From assembly GCA_022568135.1 (NCBI GenBank), contig JADFFQ010000009.1, forward strand, positions 4,741 to 68,740: a stretch of 64,000 nucleotides of DNA, written 5' to 3'. This document shows positions 29,169-39,739 of the stretch, piece by piece (within the stretch, counting starts at the first letter, position 1; each line of letters begins with the position of its first letter). A program made the translations under genes and the position numbers. The DNA comes from Planctomycetota bacterium (GTDB lineage Bacteria > Planctomycetota > Phycisphaerae > Phycisphaerales > SM1A02). The notes below the pieces were generated by a model. That model was not told the origin of the DNA. It ran no database searches and was given only the letters and a program-made list of their open reading frames with translations.

Positions 29169-29192
29169 GAGCCGCGTCGTCCTCGACCGCGG
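29169..29192. repeat. 24-bp REP-like element copy.
   Basis: Exact copy. Confidence 0.8.
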
Positions 29193-29205
29193 TTCCTGCG
29201 GCACG

Positions 29206-30543
29206 CTACTGATACAACTTTGCGAAGTCCTTCCAGAACGTCGGGTAGCTCTTGCTCACGCAGGCCGGGTTCTTGATGGAAATCCCCGGCCGGGCGAGGC
29301 CGAGCACCGCAAACGCCATGGCCATGCGGTGATCGTTGTAGGTTTCGATCACAACTGGCTCGTCGTGCCGAGTCGAGGGATCGATGGTGATCGAATCGTC
29401 GGTGGTCTCGACCGTGCAGCCAATCCTGCGCAGCTCGTTCGCCAGCGCCGCGATGCGATCGGTCTCTTTGTGGCGGAGGGTGTGGAGACCGGTGACGGTA
29501 CTGCTCGTTTCGCTACACGCAGCCAATATCGCGACGGCGAGCGAGGCATCAGGCAACCCGGCTGCGTCACAATCTGGGCATTTCAATACACCCAAGTTCG
29601 CGGCATCAATCCCCCATGGCCAAGGTTCCATATACATGCCGGCGTTTTGAACTGTCAGGCAGAACTTGATATCCGGCTGTGACCTCGACCACGGGTGTCC
29701 AAGGCCACGTATCTCCATGTGTGTATGCAGATTGATTGCGACTGCGGTCAGCCAATAGGCGGCACTGCTGGCGTCCGCCTCGACTGTGTACTCTTGCCTA
29801 TTCGGTGGCCTGGAATCGATACGATCCGCTATGACTCGGCCGAATCGCCAAAAGCGACGTATCGCCAAGTGTTTGATTCCCCAATCGCCTAGCACGCACC
29901 GCGATAGTTCTATGTACGAAGCACTCGTGGGATCCTGTGCATATGTAAGAACGACACCACGCTCGGTGAATGGCGCGATCAACATTAATGCCGATACGAA
30001 CTGACTGCTTGTCGTTGTGCCTATCTCTAATTCCCCCCCGACGAAGTCTTTACTCGGCACCACCCGCACCGGCAGGCGTCCCTCTTGCTCGGCGTACTCG
30101 ATCTTCGCGCCGAGTTGGCGGAGCATGTCGATACCCTCGGCGATGGGGCGCTGGCGCATGCGGGGGCTGGCATCGACGACGACCGGCTCTGCGGCCAGAC
30201 AGGCGGCGGCGATCATGAAGCGCGTCGGGGCGCCGCCATCGCCGAGGTTGACGTGACCGCCTCGCGGAAACCGTCCCCCCACCCCGTTGATGCGCACGTT
30301 GTCACCGTCCCACCGGGCCTCGGCGCCGAGCGTGCATAGCGCGCCGAGCAAAGCGTCCGTGTCGTCAGCCCGTAGCGGGCCAATGATCTGTGACTCGCCT
30401 TCGGCCAGGGCCGCCAGTACGTACGCCCGGCAGGTGATGCTCTTGGAGCCCGGCGGGGTGATGGTGACATCAAACGGCTTCGTCAGCGGCTCGATCGGCA
30501 GCGGATCAGGCAGTCGATCCAGCGGCAGCGTGTAGTCAATCAC
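29206..30543 (-). CDS. aroA: 3-phosphoshikimate 1-carboxyvinyltransferase (EPSP synthase).
   Basis: LPGSKSITCRAYVLAALAEG, SSQFVSALMLIAP, EADASSAAYWL and RHKETDRIAALANELRRIG are all present. Confidence 0.9.
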   Translation of the reverse strand: MIDYTLPLDRLPDPLPIEPLTKPFDVTITPPGSKSITCRAYVLAALAEGESQIIGPLRADDTDALLGALCTLGAEARWDGDNVRINGVGGRFPRGGHVNLGDGGAPTRFMIAAACLAAEPVVVDASPRMRQRPIAEGIDMLRQLGAKIEYAEQEGRLPVRVVPSKDFVGGELEIGTTTSSQFVSALMLIAPFTERGVVLTYAQDPTSASYIELSRCVLGDWGIKHLAIRRFWRFGRVIADRIDSRPPNRQEYTVEADASSAAYWLTAVAINLHTHMEIRGLGHPWSRSQPDIKFCLTVQNAGMYMEPWPWGIDAANLGVLKCPDCDAAGLPDASLAVAILAACSETSSTVTGLHTLRHKETDRIAALANELRRIGCTVETTDDSITIDPSTRHDEPVVIETYNDHRMAMAFAVLGLARPGISIKNPACVSKSYPTFWKDFAKLYQ

Positions 30544-30572
30544 GTTTCGATCTTAGCGAGCCGCGCCTCAGC

Positions 30573-30596
30573 GAGCCGCGTCGTCCTCGACCGCGG
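30573..30596. repeat. 24-bp REP-like element copy.
   Basis: Exact copy. A partial inverted copy 40 bp downstream could pair with it. Confidence 0.8.
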
Positions 30597-30736
30597 CCGT
30601 CCTCCTCTGTGGTTGGGAGAAGACCGCCGCGGGGACGCGGCGGCTCGCTTGTTTTCAGATACCCTCACCGTTGTCTTCGCTTGAGAAGAAAGCGGCGGGG
30701 CAAGCCCGCCCGCGAAACGGATCTCTTGTCTACACG

Positions 30737-31054
30737 TCACTCTTTACGAAACACCGCCACCACATCTTCGATGGGGATCACAAACAGCTGGTTGTCTCCT
30801 TCGAAATCGACGGGGAGGCTGTTCTTGGGGTTGAACAGCACACGGTCGTATTGCTTGATCGGATAGTCTTCATCGTGGTCCACCTGGGCGCTGACGGCCA
30901 CGATCCGGCCGGTGAGGGTCGGAATCTCGATCTTGTCCGGCAGATGGATGCCGACCTTGGTCACTTTCTTGTCCGCATCCTTCCGGATCAGGACGCGATT
31001 GCCGATCGGCTCGACGGTTTCAAGCGATTTGATTGACGACTTCGCCTTGGCCAT
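30737..31054 (-). CDS. groES: Co-chaperonin GroES (Cpn10), with no adjacent groEL.
   Basis: MAKAKSSIKSLETVEPIGNRVLIRKDADKKVTKVGIHLPD...YDRVLFNPKN...IEDVVAVF, 105 aa, GroES pattern. Confidence 0.7.
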   Translation of the reverse strand: MAKAKSSIKSLETVEPIGNRVLIRKDADKKVTKVGIHLPDKIEIPTLTGRIVAVSAQVDHDEDYPIKQYDRVLFNPKNSLPVDFEGDNQLFVIPIEDVVAVFRKE

Positions 31055-31202
31055 GGCGCCGTGATAATAGTCCGTTGACGTTGCGCAGGTCCGCTTGGTC
31101 GGCGTTGGACCGGATGGTGCAACAGCCCCGACCAAGAATGGAGGTCGGCAATAACCGGCCGGGGATTTGCTCTCTTTCAATCTTGCGCGTTGGCGCCGGT
31201 TG

Positions 31203-32798
31203 CTACTGAGGCTTGGCGGATGGCTCCTGGCGGCTGATCATGGTGTCGAGCATGGTGCCGATCAGCGCCGTGGCTTCGGTTGATCCCCCTGTGCCGGCAC
31301 TTCCACTATTCGAGCCGACGACCATGACCCGCGGGGTAATGTTGATGCCGCTCTCGCCGACGATCTTGAGCAGCTCGAGCAGGGCGGCGTTGCCCGAGCC
31401 GATCTGCAGGGCGATGACCCGGTAGGCCTCAGCCTGAGCCTCGGCCTTGATGCTAATTGCCTGCGCCTCGGCGCCCGCTTCGATGATGCGGCGTTCCTTA
31501 TTCTGTTCGGCGATCTGGACTTCGTACCTGGCGGTGGCGAGTCGCTTCTCTTCCTCGGCTTCCTGCTCCGTGCGGGTGAGTTCCTTTTTCTGCTCCGCGG
31601 CGAGCTGCTGCTGCTTGAAGGTCTTGACCTCCTCATCGGCGATCTGCCGATCTGTCTGCGTTTTGAGCAGATTGTCGAGCGACCCGTCCTCGGCCACGCC
31701 GGCGATGCGAACCGCGGTCACGGTCACGCCGACCTTCGACATTTCCGCGGCCAGCATGGCCAGCGACTGCGACTCCTGCTGCGAGCGCTGCTGCACGTAG
31801 TCCAGGGCCTTCACGGTCTCGGCGTTGTTGCGGAAGATCGCGCGGACAGCGGAGTTCAGACGCTCACGCAGCTTCTCCCCGTCATCCTCGAAGAGGGCGA
31901 CCACGAGCGGCGCATCGGCGGGTTTGATCTCATACTCCACCCGCACGTCCACGGGGAAGTCAAACCCGTCGGAGGTCCGGACGGGAATCTCCCGCTGCTC
32001 GGCTGCTTTGTCGCGTCCCGTGTAACTGATCACCCATTTGGCGGTCGAGATCATCGTTACTTCGTAGGCCTTGGTGTTCAGGTAATACTCCTGGGGCAGC
32101 AGCGGCTGGCGCCAGATGCCGCGCTGACCCTTTTCAACGAGAGCGTTGAATGTATCGCCCACTCCAGAGGGAACGTCGCCGACGTTGGCCTTGACAACAC
32201 CGACGGTCGCCTTCTTGACGTTGGTGACGTCGACAATCTCATGCGTAAACAGCATGGGGTTGATGCGATATTTGCCTGGAGGGAGCACCGAGGCCTGCGG
32301 GCCCTTGTAGCCGCCCCCTTCGGTGAGGAAGAACTCGGCATCCTCAGCCATGCGCTTCAGGAGCGATACATCCCACTCCGGGGCATAAATCTCCCCAGGC
32401 GGCAACGGCTGTCCGTCAGTGGAGGTAAGCAGCGCTATCTTTCCTTCTCTGATCTGAATCAGAGGTGGTGTGTCGACCTCGTAGATCACCGGCCACAGCC
32501 AGGGGTGCCAACCCGGTGGAAGGATCTTGGCTTGCGGCCCCATCTCACCCTCGGTGGCAATGATCTGGCCCGGGGCAAGCGAACCGCCACCGATGAGCTT
32601 GTTGACGACGCCGATCTGGTTTTCCCCAACCAGCCGAACCGAGCTGAGCACGACCGACGCGGCCAAAACGACCAACGCCACCACACCCGCACCGGCACGG
32701 AGGCTGGCGGCGGCACGGGGGCTTGCGGCGGGATATTTCACCGCCGCCACAACAATCGCGATAGCCAATCCCAGCCCGACGACAATGACTACACCCAT
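31203..32798 (-). CDS. SPFH/band-7 flotillin-family protein.
   Basis: N-terminal TM helices, an SPFH domain, and a C-terminal EA-rich flotillin repeat region (AEAQAEAYRVIALQ...). Confidence 0.8.
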   Translation of the reverse strand: MGVVIVVGLGLAIAIVVAAVKYPAASPRAAASLRAGAGVVALVVLAASVVLSSVRLVGENQIGVVNKLIGGGSLAPGQIIATEGEMGPQAKILPPGWHPWLWPVIYEVDTPPLIQIREGKIALLTSTDGQPLPPGEIYAPEWDVSLLKRMAEDAEFFLTEGGGYKGPQASVLPPGKYRINPMLFTHEIVDVTNVKKATVGVVKANVGDVPSGVGDTFNALVEKGQRGIWRQPLLPQEYYLNTKAYEVTMISTAKWVISYTGRDKAAEQREIPVRTSDGFDFPVDVRVEYEIKPADAPLVVALFEDDGEKLRERLNSAVRAIFRNNAETVKALDYVQQRSQQESQSLAMLAAEMSKVGVTVTAVRIAGVAEDGSLDNLLKTQTDRQIADEEVKTFKQQQLAAEQKKELTRTEQEAEEEKRLATARYEVQIAEQNKERRIIEAGAEAQAISIKAEAQAEAYRVIALQIGSGNAALLELLKIVGESGINITPRVMVVGSNSGSAGTGGSTEATALIGTMLDTMISRQEPSAKPQ

Positions 32799-33075
32799 GA
32801 CATTATCCTTTCTCTAAAATGGTCAAGCAGTGTACCCTAACTCCCCCCGGCCGTTCAGGCCCGCCGGTCAAGTCGCTCGGACACGTCCCGACCGCCGCCC
32901 GACTGGCCATGATTCCCCATAGCCGAGGCGGGTTCAGACCTGGCCCCGCTGCAATTAGGCCAACAGGGCCCATGGTCATGCCCCGAGCCGGTGGCGGCCC
33001 ATATCATACGCCAAGCGTGTTGTGCCATCGCTGCAGATGGCGGGCGACCGCCCCAGATCCAGGAGATCGACTCCC

Positions 33076-34272
33076 ATGACCACCGCCAGCACACCGTCGT
33101 CAAGGCCCAAGACCGGCCCAGAGACCGATCCGCTGCGATTGATCGACGTGGATCACGTGCGGTTCTACGTCGGCAACGCCAAGCAAGCGGCGTATTTCTA
33201 CGCGCACTGTTTCGGCTTCCAGGTCGCGCAGCTTGCGGACCTCACCACCGGTTGCCGCGAGGAAGCGAGCTACCTGCTCACCCAGGGCAACATTCGTTTG
33301 GTGCTGAGCACCGGGTTGCACAAAGACCACGCCGCCCAGCGCGAGGTGATGCGCCACGGTGACGGGATCAAGGACATCGCCTTCACCGTCCGCGACGCGG
33401 CCGCCGCCTACGAACAAGCCATCAAGAACGGCGGGGAATCTGCCTATGAACCCGTCGAGATGACTGACGATTCCGGGGACGGCACGGTGGTCGTGGCCGG
33501 AATCAAGACCTTCGGCCGATGTGTCCACAGTTTCGTCTCCCGCAACGGCCGGTACAAACTGGAGAACATTCAGGGCGGCGGCCCGTTCATGCCCAGGTTC
33601 GAGCCGGTGGAGTCATTTGCGCTCAACGAGTACAACCAGGCCCATCCCTGTGGGCTGATGTACGTCGATCACTGCGTGGGCAACGTCGAGCTGGGGAAGA
33701 TGAACCACTGGGTGAAGTGGTATGAAGAGGTGCTCGGCTTCAAGCAGTTCAAGCACTTCGACGACAAGGACATCTCGACGGAGTACTCGGCCCTGATGTC
33801 CAAGGTGATGGACTCAGGTTTCGGCACTATCAAGGTGCCCATCAACGAGCCGGCCCACGGCAAACGCAAGAGCCAGATTCAGGAGTACCTCGACTGGCAC
33901 GATGATGAGCCGGGCGTGCAGCACCTGGCCTTCCGCACCGATGATGAGCTGGCCAGCGTGGCGGAGCTGCACCGCCGCGGCGTGGATTTTCTACGCATCC
34001 CCGATGAGTACTACCAAACCGTCTGGGACCGCGTGTCCAAGATGGGCTGGGAGATCAAGGAGGATCACCAGCGCATCCGGGACCTTGGCATCCTCGTTGA
34101 CGCTGATGACGAGGGGTATCTGCTGCAACTGTTCACCAAGCCGCTTCAGGACCGCCCGACGCTGTTCTTCGAGATCATCTGCCGCCGCGGGTCACAGAGC
34201 TTCGGCAAAGGCAACTTCAAGGCCCTCTTTGAGTCGCTGGAGTTGGAGCAGGCCCGCCGAGGGAATCTATGA
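33076..34272 (+). CDS. hppD: 4-hydroxyphenylpyruvate dioxygenase.
   Basis: Two VOC modules. The C-terminus is [35 protein letters not shown], an HPPD signature. AGGAG lies upstream of the ATG at 33076. Confidence 0.9.
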   Translation: MTTASTPSSRPKTGPETDPLRLIDVDHVRFYVGNAKQAAYFYAHCFGFQVAQLADLTTGCREEASYLLTQGNIRLVLSTGLHKDHAAQREVMRHGDGIKDIAFTVRDAAAAYEQAIKNGGESAYEPVEMTDDSGDGTVVVAGIKTFGRCVHSFVSRNGRYKLENIQGGGPFMPRFEPVESFALNEYNQAHPCGLMYVDHCVGNVELGKMNHWVKWYEEVLGFKQFKHFDDKDISTEYSALMSKVMDSGFGTIKVPINEPAHGKRKSQIQEYLDWHDDEPGVQHLAFRTDDELASVAELHRRGVDFLRIPDEYYQTVWDRVSKMGWEIKEDHQRIRDLGILVDADDEGYLLQLFTKPLQDRPTLFFEIICRRGSQSFGKGNFKALFESLELEQARRGNL

Positions 34273-34754
34273 CCTCTACTCGTCCGATCCGCGCTTACGC
34301 CGATACGTCCGTTTTCGGCGGATGCTTCGAGGAACGATTTCAGGATGCAAGCAAGCGATTCTTCGAGGGAGTCAACGCCGGACGGTTGATCGTCCTGCTG
34401 GGTGCGACGACCGAAGCGGAGTTAGCACTCGCGCCGGGTCGCGTTCAGGAGATCGTTGCCAGCCTATCCGACGATCGAATCATCCGTTGCCCCATAACGC
34501 CCGATGTTGCCGAACTGCGCCAAGCCTATCTCGATGCCGGAGTCCTGGGGACGGGATCGTTTGATGATGCGACTCATGTGGCCATCGCGACAGCCCATAA
34601 CGCCGATCTGTTGGTGAGTTGGATTTTCCGGCATATTGTCAACTACGATAAGATACGTGGATTCAATGCCGTCAACCTGCGGCTGAACTACCGATCGCTG
34701 AGCATCCACTCCCCCCCAGAGATTGTGTATGGCAAAGACGAAGAACGACTTTGA
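34269..34754 (+). CDS. PIN-domain protein (VapC-like); its start overlaps the hppD stop (ATGA).
   Basis: IRAYADTSVFGG (first acidic residue), TTEAEL and DDATHVAIATAHNADLLVS motifs. Confidence 0.55.
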   Translation: MTSTRPIRAYADTSVFGGCFEERFQDASKRFFEGVNAGRLIVLLGATTEAELALAPGRVQEIVASLSDDRIIRCPITPDVAELRQAYLDAGVLGTGSFDDATHVAIATAHNADLLVSWIFRHIVNYDKIRGFNAVNLRLNYRSLSIHSPPEIVYGKDEERL

Positions 34755-34955
34755 CTGTGTTCAAATGAAGCGGGAAATTCAGGCCCGGGTCGCGGCGGAG
34801 ACCAAGGGCATGACCGCCGAACAGCGGGACGCTTACATTCGCGAGCGAGCCGACGCTTTTGCCCAGAAGATGGGCTGGATCTACGAATCGGTCCCCGATG
34901 AACACGGGCACTATCACGTCAGGCGAATCGACGACAAGGGTGGCAAGCCCGGATG

Positions 34956-34956
<1 letters not shown>
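34729..34956 (+). CDS. Small hypothetical protein (76 aa) that overlaps the 3' end of the PIN gene.
   Basis: Protein-like composition (MAKTKNDFDCVQMKREIQARVAAETKGMTAEQRDAYIRERADAFAQKMGW...). No homology was recognised. Confidence 0.3.
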
Positions 34957-35052
<96 letters not shown>

Positions 35053-35077
35053 AGCTCCCCCAGAGTGAAGGCTGTTG

Positions 35078-35451
<374 letters not shown>

Positions 35452-35600
35452 TCTGAGCGGCTTGTGCGCCTGGGGGATATGATGCCGACAGGCGAGATCC
35501 CAGGACCCATGTATGCACGAGCGGGTCGCTTCACACACCCAGCCTTGCTCTCTGGCGGATCGCCGCCACGACGATCATCCAGAGCGATCGGGCGCGAACG

Positions 35601-36410
35601 ATGCGCCTGAATGACATTCGGGACTGGTGGAAGCTTCGCCGGTTCGCAGCGAATCCGTGGCAGATCGTCTGGTTTCGCAAGAGACAACGCGCGGGCAAGA
35701 CGCTGACCGTCCGGATGCGCACCGGCCACCGGCTCCATCTGCGGGGCGGGTCTCATGATCACCTGGTCTTCCGCGAAATCTATCTGAAGGATCAATACCG
35801 GGTCAGCCGCCACGAGGCGGAGACGTGGCAGTGCGTTGTTGACCTCGGGGCGAACGTGGGCTTGTTTACATCCCGCGTTGCCGAGCAGGCGGAACGAGTG
35901 ATCTGCTATGAACCCATTCCTGAGAACTTCGCGCAGCTGCGGCGGAACATCGAAGGCTTGTCCAACGTGGCGCCGGTGCAGGAAGCGGTCGATGGCAAGA
36001 CCGGCATGATGCGGCTGCACTTCCCGCAGGCGAATGAAGCGACAGGCCAGTTCGCCAAGTATCCGCAGCCGGAGATTCATCTGCCTGAATCGTTCATCGA
36101 AGTGCCGTGCATCACTCTTGATGAGCTGTTCGACCGACATCGAATCGAGTCTTGTGATCTCTTGAAGATCGACGTGGAGGGTGCCGAGTACGATATCCTG
36201 TATGCAGCCAGCGACCGTACGTACGCGAGAATCCTTCGAATCTACGGTGAGTACCACATTGCCAGGCCGAATGCGGAACGGTCGTCGATCGCGGCGCTCG
36301 CCGCCTTCCTGCGCTCGAAGCGCTTTGATGTGGAGATCGTGCCGCAGCGAAACTTGGCCGACTACGGTCTGTTCTTTGCAACACAGCCCAAGCGTCAGGC
36401 CAAGCCCTGA
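35601..36410 (+). CDS. FkbM-family SAM-dependent methyltransferase (second copy in the window).
   Basis: VVDLGANVGLFTS...LKIDVEGAEYDIL. Confidence 0.75.
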   Translation: MRLNDIRDWWKLRRFAANPWQIVWFRKRQRAGKTLTVRMRTGHRLHLRGGSHDHLVFREIYLKDQYRVSRHEAETWQCVVDLGANVGLFTSRVAEQAERVICYEPIPENFAQLRRNIEGLSNVAPVQEAVDGKTGMMRLHFPQANEATGQFAKYPQPEIHLPESFIEVPCITLDELFDRHRIESCDLLKIDVEGAEYDILYAASDRTYARILRIYGEYHIARPNAERSSIAALAAFLRSKRFDVEIVPQRNLADYGLFFATQPKRQAKP

Positions 36411-36418
36411 CCTGAGTC

Positions 36419-37033
36419 GTGCGACGAGCTCACATGGTCAATGAAAACGTGTACAGATGGGTGTTGTTGGCGATCATCGTCAGCTGCTTCGGCATAAGCA
36501 TCTACTTTCGCCGCGGAGCGGCCAGGTCCGGCGGACCCATCTCTTCACGCGACAGTGGGCTCGCAATTGACACCTCGTTGTCGCTGTTTGGCCTTGGAGC
36601 AATGGCGGGCCTTGTGGCCTATCTCATCAATCCCAAGTGGATGGCATGGTCGCAGCTTGAACTTGTGCCGCAGCTGCGACTGCTCGGCGGACTACTTGGT
36701 CTGATCGTGCTGGCTCTGGTGTTTTGGGCGCTGCGACACCTTGGAGCCAACCTCACTCGTACTGCGCGGACGAGATCGCATCACACCCTGGTGACAGGTG
36801 GCCCTTACCGCTGGGTTCGGCATCCGCTGTATTCGTCCGGTGTGGTGCTGTGCACCGGCCATGTTCTGCTCACCGCCAACTGGTTCATATTGCTCATGTG
36901 CGGGCTGGCCTTCGCTGTGTTGCTGGTGCGGACCTCGCGGGAAGAGGCAAATCTGATCAAGAAGTTCGGCGACGAGTACCGGGCGTACATGAGCCGCACC
37001 GGGCGCTTCCTTCCCCGCCTCCGTGCCTCATAG
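36419..37033 (+). CDS. Isoprenylcysteine carboxyl methyltransferase (ICMT/PEMT) family membrane methyltransferase.
   Basis: TM helices, then HTLVTGGPYRWVRHPLYSSGVV...REEANLIKKFGDEYRAYMSRTGRFLP. Confidence 0.7.
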   Translation: MRRAHMVNENVYRWVLLAIIVSCFGISIYFRRGAARSGGPISSRDSGLAIDTSLSLFGLGAMAGLVAYLINPKWMAWSQLELVPQLRLLGGLLGLIVLALVFWALRHLGANLTRTARTRSHHTLVTGGPYRWVRHPLYSSGVVLCTGHVLLTANWFILLMCGLAFAVLLVRTSREEANLIKKFGDEYRAYMSRTGRFLPRLRAS

Positions 37034-37164
37034 GCAGGCCGAGGCCGAGGACGGCGCGCCTCGCCTCAGACACGGCGCGGCTCGCTCAACACAACCCCGT
37101 CGTCAGCAGACGATCCCGCTACAATGTGGGTGGAATACGAGCAGTTAACCGAGGAGCACGCCCC

Positions 37165-38436
37165 ATGCCCTACTACTTCAAGCTCGGTCAATTGCCGCCC
37201 AAGCGGCACATTCAGTTTCGTCGCCCCGACGGGGCGCTGTATTCCGAGGAGGTCTTCGGCACGGAGGGATTCGTCGGCCCGACCACCACGCTGTACCACA
37301 TCCATCCGCCGACGCAGGTCACCGGCTGGAAGATGCTCTACTCGACGAAACCCGAATACGTCGAGACCGACACGATGCGGATGCGGCATCTCAAGACGAT
37401 GCCGATGAAGCCGAAAGGCGATCCGATCACTGGGCGAGTGGTGCTGTTCGGCAACGCAGATTGCGAGATGAGCCTCTGCGCACCCGCCGAGGCGATGAAC
37501 TACCACTACAAGAACGGTATGGGCGACGAGTGCGTCTTCATCCATTACGGCTCGGGCACTGTGTACAGCTCCTTCGGCACGCTGCACTTTCGCCCCAAGG
37601 ATTACATCATTATCCCGAAAGGCGCCACGTACAAGATGGTGTTCGACAAGCCCGCCGAGGGTGAGCCGAAGCCAAAGTTCCTGGTGATCGAGACTGCCAA
37701 CGGCTCGCATATCTTGCCCCCGCCGCGATACCTGTCGAAGAAGACCGCCCAGTTCCTGGAGCATGCCCCGTACTGCGAGCGCGACCTGCGCCCGCCTGAG
37801 CTTCCGTTGACGTACGACGAAGCTGGCCAATTCGAGGTGAGGATCAAGGCCCGCGACCGCGTACACAGCTACATCTACGACTATCACCCGCTGGACGTGG
37901 TCGGCTGGGACGGTTGCTACTACCCGTACCGGTTCAACATCGACGACTTCAGCCCGATCACGGGCAAGCACCACATGCCGCCGCCAACGCACCAGACGTT
38001 CGAGGCACACAACTTCGTGATCTGCTCATTCTGCCCGCGGGCGCTCGACTGGCACCCCCAAGCGATTCCCATCCCCTACAACCACTCCAACATCGACTCC
38101 GACGAAGTCCTGTACTACGTTGACGGGAACTACAAGGCCCGTAAGGGGATCGAAATCGGCTCGATCACCCTGCACCCGCAAGGCATCCCCCACGGCCCAC
38201 ATCCCGGTACCGTTGAGCTGTCGCTCGGCAAGCAGTGGACCAGTGAGCTGGCGGTGATGTGCGATACCTTCCGCCCGCTGTATCCGACCAAGGCGGCGTT
38301 GGAGCTGGACGACCAGGAGTATCCGGAAAGCTGGAAGGGAGACCATTTCCCCAAGACCGCCGGGACGCACCTGCCCAACGGTGAGGCGAAACCCGAAGCC
38401 CAGCCAATGGCTGAAGCCGTCGATACCAGCGGCTGA
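37165..38436 (+). CDS. hmgA: Homogentisate 1,2-dioxygenase.
   Basis: MPYYFKLGQLPPKRHIQF...GFVGPTTTLYHIHPPT... GAGGAG lies 8 nt upstream of the ATG at 37165. Confidence 0.9.
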   Translation: MPYYFKLGQLPPKRHIQFRRPDGALYSEEVFGTEGFVGPTTTLYHIHPPTQVTGWKMLYSTKPEYVETDTMRMRHLKTMPMKPKGDPITGRVVLFGNADCEMSLCAPAEAMNYHYKNGMGDECVFIHYGSGTVYSSFGTLHFRPKDYIIIPKGATYKMVFDKPAEGEPKPKFLVIETANGSHILPPPRYLSKKTAQFLEHAPYCERDLRPPELPLTYDEAGQFEVRIKARDRVHSYIYDYHPLDVVGWDGCYYPYRFNIDDFSPITGKHHMPPPTHQTFEAHNFVICSFCPRALDWHPQAIPIPYNHSNIDSDEVLYYVDGNYKARKGIEIGSITLHPQGIPHGPHPGTVELSLGKQWTSELAVMCDTFRPLYPTKAALELDDQEYPESWKGDHFPKTAGTHLPNGEAKPEAQPMAEAVDTSG

Positions 38437-38495
38437 TCGGAGTACGTCCGATGCATGGGCGAACCAAATCTGTTGAGGCGCGATTGCAGCGACTG

Positions 38496-39644
38496 ATGAC
38501 CGGCCGGCGGATCGCGATCACTGTGCAGGCTTCGATAATGACGTTGTTGATGTTGGTCGGCATCGCCGGCTGTGGAGCGGAGCCGAACCCTGTCACAAGC
38601 TCGGACCCTGACCCATCGGAGGTGAAGCCGCCTGGCAATCCCAGCCTTGGCGCGATTCCCGTGCGGTCATCGGTCGAGGACAACCCCCCCGGCTGGCCGC
38701 CGGTCGAATTCGAACCCCCCCTGCTCGACTTCGGCAACCTCCCCCCGGGCGGAACCGGCACAGGGTGGGTCAAGATATGGAATGTTGGCCAAGAACCGCT
38801 CAAGATCATCAGGTCGATAACGAGTTGTGGCTGCACGGTCGCCGAGAACCTCGCCGGCCGGGAGATCCCGCCGGGCGGATTCACCGAGTTCAGCACCACA
38901 ATGAATATGAAATCTGGACTTGGTGAGAAGAAGGAGAAGATCAGCATCGTGTTTGAGGGGTATTCCGAGACCTTCGCGGTGTATTACTTCATGGCTGAGG
39001 TCAGCTTGCCTATTCGCGTCACCCCGCCGTACATTCGGGCAGCCGATCGGGTTGCCAACGAATGGGTGCACACGACCTCAGGCGAACTGCGCGTGGAATC
39101 TACGGACGGCAAGCCGTTTCGCATTCTGGGATCACACGGCGAGCCGCCCCAGTTCATCGGCTTTGATCCCGCCACCAACCCGCCGGCCAGTGCGTACACA
39201 ATCCGATGGGATTTGGACCGATTCACTGAGGCCACTCTCCCATGGTTCTGGGTCATCGAGACGGACCGGGCGGACTGCCCGGTCGTGGATGTTCGACTTC
39301 GCCACGAGTCCACGAAGCCGATTCGACCGCGCGGCCGGCCGTGGGTGCCGATAGATCAGAGAATCCTCGTGGGCGAGGTGCGCGTTGGCGAACCGTTCGA
39401 GGTGGCCACCAAGATCGAGTTCGTTGAGCGATATACGCCCGATCCGATGACGGCCGGTGTAACCAGCGATTCACCGTTCCTTGAGGCCCAGCTGCTGGAG
39501 GCACAGCAAGACGACCAGTTCCTCCAATTCCGAATTCGCATCACGCCGGTGGAGGCCAAGCCCGGTCTGCTGTACGGGATACTCACATTGGACGCCTCCG
39601 GCTATACCACGCAACTGCGCATCATCGGCCGGGTGGTGGAATAG
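38496..39644 (+). CDS. DUF1573 domain lipoprotein.
   Basis: Lipobox LLMLVGIAGC. LDFGNLPPGGTGTGWVKIWNVGQEPLKIIRSITSCGCT matches DUF1573. Confidence 0.6.
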   Translation: MTGRRIAITVQASIMTLLMLVGIAGCGAEPNPVTSSDPDPSEVKPPGNPSLGAIPVRSSVEDNPPGWPPVEFEPPLLDFGNLPPGGTGTGWVKIWNVGQEPLKIIRSITSCGCTVAENLAGREIPPGGFTEFSTTMNMKSGLGEKKEKISIVFEGYSETFAVYYFMAEVSLPIRVTPPYIRAADRVANEWVHTTSGELRVESTDGKPFRILGSHGEPPQFIGFDPATNPPASAYTIRWDLDRFTEATLPWFWVIETDRADCPVVDVRLRHESTKPIRPRGRPWVPIDQRILVGEVRVGEPFEVATKIEFVERYTPDPMTAGVTSDSPFLEAQLLEAQQDDQFLQFRIRITPVEAKPGLLYGILTLDASGYTTQLRIIGRVVE

Positions 39645-39739
39645 TCCGACTGCGCTCGTAGGTCCGTCGGCCCCGAGTTGCGGACACGCCAGCTCGAGCC
39701 GAGCGCGCTAGGCTGGGTCGTTCGGCGGAGGCTCATCCA

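Noticed and set aside
29570-30020. Local drop in GC (to about 50%) inside aroA, considered as a possible foreign insertion.
   Set aside because: The encoded segment aligns collinearly with canonical EPSP synthase (the DASSAAYWL ... RHKETDR region) with no extra residues. Likely just local compositional variation.
30737-31054. groES without an adjacent groEL, considered as a sign of a broken operon.
   Set aside because: Dispersed groES/groEL copies are common in several phyla. No groEL fragment or scar was seen downstream, where only REP-like repeats lie.
37066-38010. 314-aa ORF antisense to hmgA.
   Set aside because: hmgA homology on the sense strand is unambiguous.
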